This document shows positions 57,051 to 64,000 of a stretch of DNA of 64,000 nt, in pieces. The stretch lies in NCBI GenBank assembly GCA_963827165.1, contig CAWGZR010000003.1, positions 64,001 through 128,000 of the forward strand, given 5' to 3'. Source of the stretch: Candidatus Bathyarchaeota archaeon. GTDB lineage: Archaea > Thermoproteota > Bathyarchaeia > Bathyarchaeales > Bathycorpusculaceae. The position numbers were made by a program, and so were the translations under genes. The notes below the pieces were generated by a model. It did not search any database, was not told the origin of the DNA, and saw nothing but the letters and a program-made list of their open reading frames with translations. The stretch's first letter is position 1; each line of letters opens with the position of its first letter.

Positions 57051-59273
57051 ATGCTCATACCCTTACAAGCGTTAGTAACATCATCTGTTAGCTCAGTTTC
57101 TACCCTCGTATTTTGGATTGCGCCTATTGCAGGTGTAATCGCTGTACTTGCCTCACTCTTGTTAATGCGTCATATTGGCAAAATGAGTGCCGGCGGAGCA
57201 AAAGCCCAAGAAGTAGGAGCAGCTATTCGGGAAGGTGCATACGCTTTCCTGAAGCGTCAATACACAACAATCGCGATCATCACCGTTGTTGTCTTCGTAT
57301 TACTTTGGGTTGCTCTACCAACCGGGTTTCTCGGTTTAGGTACAGCAGCGGCTTTTCTCATCGGAGCAGTTGCTTCATTGGCAGCTGGCTACATAGCCAT
57401 GGACAACGCGACCAAAGCGAACGTTCGCACCGTAGCAGCGGCAAAAGAATATGGCGCGGAAAAAGCGCTTAAAACCGCTTTTTACGGCGGCGCAACAATG
57501 GGCATGGCTGTTGTCGGTTTATCTCTTTTAGGCGTAAGTTTTCTATTCCTGTTTTACGGCGGCTACAACATTATGTTTAACCACCTCAGCGCCGCAACCG
57601 CTGCGTCACAAATAAAAGCGTTTTCAATAAGCGGAATCGTCGGCATGGGTTTTGGCGCCTCACTAATTGCGTTGTTTGCCCAGCTTGGAGGCGGAATCTA
57701 CACTAAAGCAGCAGACGTAGGCGCAGACCTCGTTGGCAAAGTTGAAGCAGGCATTCCTGAAGACGATCCACGCAACCCCGCAGTCATCGCAGACAACGTC
57801 GGTGACAACGTCGGTGATTCGGCTGGAAGAGGCGCAGACTTGTTTGAATCTGCCACTGGGGAGAACATCGGCGGCATGATCATCGGCGGCTTAATCAGCA
57901 TAGCCACTGGGAACCTCATATTCCTGATTTTCCCACTAATCGCCCGCGCTCTAGGCATCTTTGCAACGTTAGTCGGCATGCCTTTCGTGAAGCTGAACGA
58001 AGCAGAAGCTAAGCACCCAATGAAAGCTCTAAGAAAAGGACTCATGGTCACCACAATCATATCCGGAATTTTGTTCTTCTTCGCAACAATTTACCTCTTA
58101 GGCAACGGACAATTTTCCCTTACATTCTTCTACCTTTACTTCTGCTTACTTGCAGGCTTGGGCGCAAGTGTAGCAATTGATTACATAACTGACTACTATA
58201 CTGGAAGTGACCGAGGCCCAGTTGGAAGAATCGCTAGAGCAAGCCAAACGGGAGCAGCAACCAACATTATCACGGGTTTCGCAGTGGGGCTTGAAACAAC
58301 GGCTTTGCCGATTGTCTCATTAGTAATCGCACTGATTACTTCGTACTACTTCGGCACTCAATTCGCCATTTCATGGAACACTACCCATGCCGTTGCACAA
58401 CAAATCACGCCTTTCATCGGCGGAATCTACGGAACCACACTTGCTACTATGGGTATGCTCGCAGTTATGGGCATGGTACTAGCCCTTGACGGCTTTGGCC
58501 CAATCGCCGACAACGCCGCTGGCATAGCTGAAATGTCAGGCGAAGGCGGCGCAGAAGAAACAATGGAAGCTCTAGACGCAGTCGGCAACACCACAAAAGC
58601 ACTAACAAAAGGATTCGCACTCGGCTCAGCCCTTCTTGCAGCCCAGCTGTTATTCCAAACCTATGCTTCAGAAGTTACGACACGCACGGGCAAACCCTTC
58701 GTCGTTGACATCTCTAACCCAGCCGTGCTAATCGCAGGATTCATCGGAGCAATGCTGCCATTCTTCTTCTCATCTCAAGCAATCAGCGCAGTAGGCAAAG
58801 CAGCCGGTGAAATGGTTGATGAAGTCAGACGGCAATTCAGAGAAATCCCGGGTATCATGGAGGGAACAGGCAAACCCGAATACGGCAAAGCAGTGGACAT
58901 CAGCACAAAAGCAGCTTTGAAAGGCATGGTGCTTCCAGGACTGATCCTCGTAATTGTTCCAATAATCGTCGGTGTCCTTCTGGGACCTGAAGCCGTAGGT
59001 GCATTCGTAATCGGCGCAACAATATCCGCAGTACCACTCGCACTATTCATGAACACTGGCGGAGGAGCATGGGACAACGCAAAGAAATTCATTGAAACAG
59101 GCAAATACGGCGGCAAAGGCTCACCAGCACATGCCGCAGCAGTAGTAGGCGACACAGTCGGCGACCCATTAAAAGACACCGCAGGACCAAGCCTTCACGT
59201 ACTCATAAAATTGCTCAGCACGCTATCAATCGTCTTCATTCCGCTGTTCATAAACTTGCTACACCTAATCTAA
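57051..59273 (+). CDS. hppA: Membrane-bound pyrophosphatase, K+-independent signature (GNTTKA)
   Basis: GGGIYTKAADVGADLVGKVEAGIPEDDPRNP.VIADNVGDNVGD, GNTTKALTKG, GGAWDNAKK, GDTVGDP.KDT.GP. Confidence 0.96.
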   Translation: MLIPLQALVTSSVSSVSTLVFWIAPIAGVIAVLASLLLMRHIGKMSAGGAKAQEVGAAIREGAYAFLKRQYTTIAIITVVVFVLLWVALPTGFLGLGTAAAFLIGAVASLAAGYIAMDNATKANVRTVAAAKEYGAEKALKTAFYGGATMGMAVVGLSLLGVSFLFLFYGGYNIMFNHLSAATAASQIKAFSISGIVGMGFGASLIALFAQLGGGIYTKAADVGADLVGKVEAGIPEDDPRNPAVIADNVGDNVGDSAGRGADLFESATGENIGGMIIGGLISIATGNLIFLIFPLIARALGIFATLVGMPFVKLNEAEAKHPMKALRKGLMVTTIISGILFFFATIYLLGNGQFSLTFFYLYFCLLAGLGASVAIDYITDYYTGSDRGPVGRIARASQTGAATNIITGFAVGLETTALPIVSLVIALITSYYFGTQFAISWNTTHAVAQQITPFIGGIYGTTLATMGMLAVMGMVLALDGFGPIADNAAGIAEMSGEGGAEETMEALDAVGNTTKALTKGFALGSALLAAQLLFQTYASEVTTRTGKPFVVDISNPAVLIAGFIGAMLPFFFSSQAISAVGKAAGEMVDEVRRQFREIPGIMEGTGKPEYGKAVDISTKAALKGMVLPGLILVIVPIIVGVLLGPEAVGAFVIGATISAVPLALFMNTGGGAWDNAKKFIETGKYGGKGSPAHAAAVVGDTVGDPLKDTAGPSLHVLIKLLSTLSIVFIPLFINLLHLI

Positions 59274-59356
59274 AAAACGATGCAAGAAAGGGAATTTTTT
59301 TTTATTCCCTAACCATATTATTTTTTATTTGTCGAATTTAATGTTATTTCTGCCAA

Positions 59357-59695
59357 TCAAAGGGTTTGTTCGCTTTGAGGAATTCTGCCGTTATAGCCGT
59401 CTTTTTTTGCTTGTTCTGCAATCTCCCTGCCCGCTTCTGTAAGGTGGTAAAGCTTGTATCGATTGCGTCCATCTCTAGTAAGTTTGATTTCATCTCGAAA
59501 AAGCCCAGCGCTCGTCAAAAAGTCACACAGTGCTAAATCAACTGACTGAACACGTGTTCCTAAACTTTCATCCAATAAAGAAAAGTAATTGTCTTTATTG
59601 TTTAAGGCTGCTAAAAGACACCCTTTCAAGAGTTCCGTTTGACTTTGCACATACTTGCATAAATAATCCTCAAGATTTTGCACCATTAAAATCAC
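59357..59695 (-). CDS. Hypothetical protein, possibly winged-helix fold
   Basis: L...GL.....K.....Y.LY.LT..G.E.A pattern. Confidence 0.55.
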   Translation of the reverse strand: MILMVQNLEDYLCKYVQSQTELLKGCLLAALNNKDNYFSLLDESLGTRVQSVDLALCDFLTSAGLFRDEIKLTRDGRNRYKLYHLTEAGREIAEQAKKDGYNGRIPQSEQTL

Positions 59696-60200
59696 CTGAA
59701 ATAATTAACAAATAACCTAGGGAGGAGGGAAAATTTAAGTTTTGCCCACAGAAGAGTTTCCGCTTGCCTGATAGGTTCCTCTCCAGCCACTTTAGCTGCA
59801 TTTTTGGATTCTGCATAGTTCTTTTTTGATATACCCGCAGGTTGTCAGGGGTAATTTGAACAGTAAGGTTCATAATTTCTTATTTTCCTCTCTTAATTGG
59901 GCTCGAATTGGGTTTGAATTGCAAAATATTGGCGATCCGTGCCGTGTCTTGTGAGAATGTTGGAACTTGTGCTCCATTGTTTTGAGGTGGCTTTGAACTA
60001 AAGTGATATTGGACTTGCGGTAAAAGCGTGTGAGCCTGCGGTCTGCTTAAAATCCGTTTTTTTAACGGCCACTCAGATGCTGATCTGTTGCTTTTGAATT
60101 ATCTGTCAAGCCGTTGGGGATGGAACGGAAAGTTAAAGCCTTGATATTCAGTGGCATGTTTTTATTTCTTCGTGCACAGTAAGCCTAAGAGTGCTGGCTG

Positions 60201-61292
60201 TTGAAGATTATTGAGAAGAACCTGCGTCAAGGCTTCGTTAAAGTAGTACCTGACACGCCAGATGACCTTTGGCACCTTTACAACGTCATCTACAAAGGCG
60301 ACGAAGTCTACGCTTACAGCAGCCGAGCCATAAAAAGCGACACAGAAACCTCTCGCCCCAAAAGCGCTGAACGCGTCTCCGCCTTCATGGGCGTAAAAGT
60401 CGAATCCGTCAGCTGGGACAAATTCCTAGGCAGGCTACGGGTCCACGGCTTAATCTGCCACGCCCCCGACATCATCCCAACAGGCGCCCACCACACTCTG
60501 AGAATCTCGCTGGATAAGCCAGTGACCATCGTTAAACCAGAGTGGCCCAGCCACCTTTTGGACAGGTTGGAAAAAGCAAGCCAAACCGAGAAACCCATGC
60601 TCATCATCTCCATCGACGACGAAGGCTTCGCCATAGCCGAAACCAAACAGTACGGATACGAAACCCGCGTCGAACAACGCATGCGGCTCCCAGGCAAACA
60701 CGAAGCAGACAAACGAGTAGAAGCAACAAAAGCATACTTCCGCTTAGCATTAAACAGCCTCGAAAAACTCTGGAGCCCAAACCACAATCCAATCGTCATT
60801 ATAGGTGCCGGCTACGTCAAAACAGATTTCGTGCGGTACCTAAACGAAGAAGCCCCGGAAATATCCAAATCTGTCGCTGACATCAAAAGCGTCAACAACG
60901 GAGGTACAGCAGGAATCGATGAGGCCTTACGCAGCGGCGTCTTGCTAAAAGCGGCGCATCAACTTCGGTTTGTCGAGGAAATGGAAACCATTGAGGAAGT
61001 TATGAAGCGGCTTGGGAAAGGCGAAGGCAACGTAACATACGGTTTTGACGCAGTAGAAAACGCCGTTAAGTTAGGTGCGGTTGAAAAGCTCGTGATTGCA
61101 GACACCTCCATCCGAGACGCGGACGAGCAACAACGGCTAAAGCTAGAGGAGCTTATGCACGAAGCCGAGCGGCGACGAGCAAACGTAACCGTAATCAGCA
61201 CCGAACACGAAGCAGGCGCAAAACTCTTATCGCTGGGCGGAATCGCAGCATTGCTCAGGTTTCCACTCTATCCAGGCAATACAAACCAATAA
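60201..61292 (+). CDS. pelA: mRNA surveillance / ribosome rescue factor pelota
   Basis: P...DDLWHLYN.I..GD.V, LRVHG.I, GAHHTL, GAVE.L.I.D, ST.HE.G..L..LGGIAALLRF. Confidence 0.96.
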   Translation: MKIIEKNLRQGFVKVVPDTPDDLWHLYNVIYKGDEVYAYSSRAIKSDTETSRPKSAERVSAFMGVKVESVSWDKFLGRLRVHGLICHAPDIIPTGAHHTLRISLDKPVTIVKPEWPSHLLDRLEKASQTEKPMLIISIDDEGFAIAETKQYGYETRVEQRMRLPGKHEADKRVEATKAYFRLALNSLEKLWSPNHNPIVIIGAGYVKTDFVRYLNEEAPEISKSVADIKSVNNGGTAGIDEALRSGVLLKAAHQLRFVEEMETIEEVMKRLGKGEGNVTYGFDAVENAVKLGAVEKLVIADTSIRDADEQQRLKLEELMHEAERRRANVTVISTEHEAGAKLLSLGGIAALLRFPLYPGNTNQ

Positions 61293-61380
61293 CTTTTTTT
61301 TGGTTTATTTCAAAAAGTAGGCGTTTCTTTAGGGTTTTTTCGCTGCTTTATCGGCGTGAGGTGGTTTGCAGTTTTGCCCA

Positions 61381-61530
61381 GAATTTTTCTTTGTATTTTG
61401 GGTTGGTTTTTTAATTTGGGATTTATTTTAGCTGTGGGTTGCGTACAGAAAAGCATAGAAAAGGTTAGATAAGAACAGAAACGTATGAAAACGTATTGAA
61501 ACGTATGGAAAAGAATAAAAAAACATGAAA
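61381..61530 (+). repeat. Dispersed element copy C: same leader plus ~9 phased 10-bp units
   Basis: 61384-61420 matches 18724-18760 at 32/37; units gcgtacagaa aagcatagaa aaggttagat aagaacagaa acgtatgaaa acgtattgaa acgtatggaa... Confidence 0.75.
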
Positions 61531-61539
61531 CAAAAAATG

Positions 61540-61800
61540 TTAACTCAGGTTCGGAATTACAGCTAACCTGCACAGATTATGTGAGTTTACAGCTTTGGAT
61601 GCGTCCACCACATAATCAAGCTTGAAGGTCCCGCCAAGATACACTTCGAACGCACCAGCTTCGACCAATTCGTTGAGCTTCTTCACAAAAGCTCGATCGG
61701 TGTTGCCCATATAGCCGAGTAACCGAACGTTAGATGGTGTCCTGGGAGCCGACATGATGCTGCTTATCCACGGGTACGCCACTCGTTCACCCTCGCGCAT
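61540..61800 (-). pseudogene. C-terminal remnant of an MDR-family NAD(P)-dependent oxidoreductase
   Basis: G.RVAYP...KLNELVEAG.FEV.L..TF.LD...DA..AV.SH; N-terminal domains absent. Confidence 0.55.
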
Positions 61801-61846
61801 AGTTCAGAGGAAAAAGGGAAAAAATCGGTTGATTAGCAAAAAAAAA

Positions 61847-63706
61847 CCATGAGTCCATAACCAACATACAGATTGCTGAGCAAGAAAGCTTCTTTAGTTT
61901 TTTATGCCCGACTGCAGCCTTAAGCTATTGTGAAGACAGCAAAAGACTACAGCAGGGCAAAAACAGTATATTTTAGCCCAGAGATAAAGCTGTGCCCAAA
62001 CTGCCACCAACCACTTAAAAGAAGCCACATCTCATGGCAAAAATACATCTTCACACTCAAAGGCACACTCAAAGCAACCAGCTATGCCTACCACTGCACA
62101 AACAAAACATGCCCAAAACCACAAGAAATCTACCGCTCAACAGAAGCAGAAATGCTAAGTCTCAAATTCTACCAGTTCAGCATAGACGTTATAGTCAAAG
62201 TGGGATTCCTACATTTTAAACAGCACCAGACAATCGACGAAATTAGACAAACCCTAAAGAAACTTCACATTTGCCGCTCAGAAATCAACCTACTCTGCCA
62301 AGCATATCTAGCATTGACAACAGCAAACAGGCAACAAGACACAACCTACCTAGACAAGATCCGAACCAACGGCGGCATAACACTCGCACTTGACGGTGTT
62401 CAACCAGAGAAAGGCAACGAAACCCTCTGGATACTAAAAGATACCCTGACAGGAGAAACACTTCTAGCCAGAAACCTAAAGTCAGCCGACAGGGACAGCA
62501 TCGCTACTTTGCTAAGGGAAATCAAAGCCTTAGAAATTCCAGTAAAAGGCGTCATTAGTGATGGCCAAAGAAGCATCCGCTTAGCAGTTGCACAAGAATT
62601 TCCAGGCGTACCGCATCAACTCTGCCACTTCCACTTCTTACGCAACATTGCTAGACCCATCTCAGAGATGGATCGAGCGTTAAAGGTTGATCTTAAAAAG
62701 AAAGTCAGAGGCATAAAATCAATTGAGAAACAGGCAGCTTGCCAAAGTGACAACACAAACCAGCTAATTTTTCAATACTGCAGAGCCATCAGGTTTGCGT
62801 TGCAGGATGACGGATGCTACCCGCTTGAACCTGGCGGTTTGAAGCTTTATCGCAGGCTTAAGAGGATTCAGCATTCACTAGAACTTGACAACAAAGTTCA
62901 TCCAAACCCAGATCTTGAAAAGCTTCTAAGAAAACTCTCGATTGTTGATGCGCTCAAGCTGCAATATGGGCGAATTAAGCGGTTGTATACGCTGATTTTT
63001 GAGGCTAACGCCATACTTAAACAAGATGCCAATTCAGAGAAAGTGGAAGCGGATATGTTGCTGTTCTTTGAGAAGTTAACGAAGCTGCATTTTAAGAGGC
63101 GAGAGGAAAGGATGGCTATTTGTAATATTCTCAGGTTTGCTGCTAGTTATTGGGAGGGGCTGTTTCATCACTATGACCATCGGGAGATTCCCCGAACCAA
63201 TAATGATTTGGAGCGTTTTAATCGTAAGCTAAAGATTGCTCATCGGAAAACTACTGGAAGAGCTAGTTGCCAAGGCTATATTGTTCGTTATGGCGCTTAT
63301 GTTGCGTTGCTTGATGATTCTGTTTCTGAGGTTCAAATGCTTGTTAAGCTACGATTTGTTGAGTATATGGATTTTCGTCGATGTTTTGGGGAGATCAGGA
63401 GCTTTAGACGTAGGCTTAGTTTTAAGAGATGTTTGTCTGAAGACTTCAATGGTTTTTTGTGTGCTTTGGAGAAAGAGTGGGCTAAAATATCTGTTTAGTC
63501 GCCGTATAAAATGCTTTAGGATCGGGTTATTTAGGGGTGCTGTTCGATGAGTTTTCTTGTTATATAAAGATGATTTTGTTGTTGGTTTGATGTTTATTTT
63601 TAATGGCGTATAAATCGAGTTTTTTTTTTGTGAAAGCTTGTTTTTAGTGGAATTTGAGTTTCTTTAGGCGGATTTCTGTCGAAGCTAGCTGCTTATGGAC
63701 ATATGG
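61847..63706 (+). mobile_element. IS256/Mutator-like insertion sequence (~1.86 kb)
   Basis: Left CCATGAGTCCATAACCAAC vs reverse complement of right end CCATATGTCCATAAGCAGC (15/19); flanked by A9 (61838-61846) and A10 (63707-63716). Confidence 0.85.
61930..63498 (+). CDS. DDE transposase with N-terminal Cys zinc motif
   Basis: CPNC...C...C; LALDG, ISDG...I..AV...FP....QLCHFH..RN, RTNNDLERFN. Confidence 0.9.
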   Translation: MKTAKDYSRAKTVYFSPEIKLCPNCHQPLKRSHISWQKYIFTLKGTLKATSYAYHCTNKTCPKPQEIYRSTEAEMLSLKFYQFSIDVIVKVGFLHFKQHQTIDEIRQTLKKLHICRSEINLLCQAYLALTTANRQQDTTYLDKIRTNGGITLALDGVQPEKGNETLWILKDTLTGETLLARNLKSADRDSIATLLREIKALEIPVKGVISDGQRSIRLAVAQEFPGVPHQLCHFHFLRNIARPISEMDRALKVDLKKKVRGIKSIEKQAACQSDNTNQLIFQYCRAIRFALQDDGCYPLEPGGLKLYRRLKRIQHSLELDNKVHPNPDLEKLLRKLSIVDALKLQYGRIKRLYTLIFEANAILKQDANSEKVEADMLLFFEKLTKLHFKRREERMAICNILRFAASYWEGLFHHYDHREIPRTNNDLERFNRKLKIAHRKTTGRASCQGYIVRYGAYVALLDDSVSEVQMLVKLRFVEYMDFRRCFGEIRSFRRRLSFKRCLSEDFNGFLCALEKEWAKISV

Positions 63707-63749
63707 AAAAAAAAAATAAGGGCGTCGGGAGATTCCGACCAGTTCATCC

Positions 63750-64000
63750 CTATTCTGAATGTATTTTTCGCATATAGGCTGCTACTGTGAGGGGCGCGAA
63801 TATGGCAACAATTACACCTATTCCGATGAGTGATAGCCAGAAGTCATTGCCGATAGTGCCTTGGTTGAAAAGCTGTCGAATTGCATCAACAAGATAGGTA
63901 ACTGGATTCAATTTAACGAATGTTTGCAGCCAGTTGGGCAGTGTGTTGGTGGGTACAAAAGCATTAGAAAGGAAAGTTAGCGGAAACAGGATAGCAAAAG
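63750..64000 (-). CDS. ABC-2 type (DrrB-like) exporter permease, 3' part only
   Basis: Manual translation FPLTFLSNAFVPTNTLPNWLQTFVKLNPVTYLVDAIRQL...YMRKIHSE*. Confidence 0.88.
   Translation of the reverse strand, partial: FAILFPLTFLSNAFVPTNTLPNWLQTFVKLNPVTYLVDAIRQLFNQGTIGNDFWLSLIGIGVIVAIFAPLTVAAYMRKIHSE

Noticed and set aside
59670-60130. Possible decayed gene between the hypothetical gene and pelota
   Set aside because: Only short broken frames with no recognisable family.
61310-61573. 87-aa minus-strand ORF over repeat copy C
   Set aside because: Overlaps a 10-bp-period array; low-complexity translation with no equivalent evident at copies A and B.

Overview
Archaeal chromosomal window. 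TATA/BRE-like promoters, pelota, an ESCRT-III/CdvB homolog, an eL22-like protein and cohesin/dockerin proteins point to Bathyarchaeia (inference). Contents in order: (1) a glycolysis/glycogen cluster (PfkA-family PFK, tpi, GT4, D-2-hydroxyacid dehydrogenase, DUF5752, pyk, gpmA-like); (2) an accessory stretch with an IS5-like element that splits a membrane-protein gene, a ~128-bp MITE and a tRNA 3' remnant; (3) an envelope-stress-like block (ESCRT-III, two wHTH regulators, two HtrA, BlaI/BlaR with a visible CTACTA-N7-TAGTAG operator, GT87, MacB-type ABC); (4) glycogen phosphorylase with a PAS-only partner; (5) a cohesin / membrane-anchored regulator / dockerin trio; (6) a 10-gene operon with the full complex I gene set and order (A,B,CD,H,I,J,K,L,M,N) that retains both [NiFe]-binding CxxC motifs; (7) proBA, hppA, pelota and an IS256-like element inserted in a poly-A/T tract. 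Two unexplained non-coding repeat families stand out: a K-turn-like hairpin in two copies, and a T/G-rich leader followed by a phased 10-bp array in three copies. Several single frameshifts may be assembly errors. All calls come from reading the sequence by eye; no searches were run.
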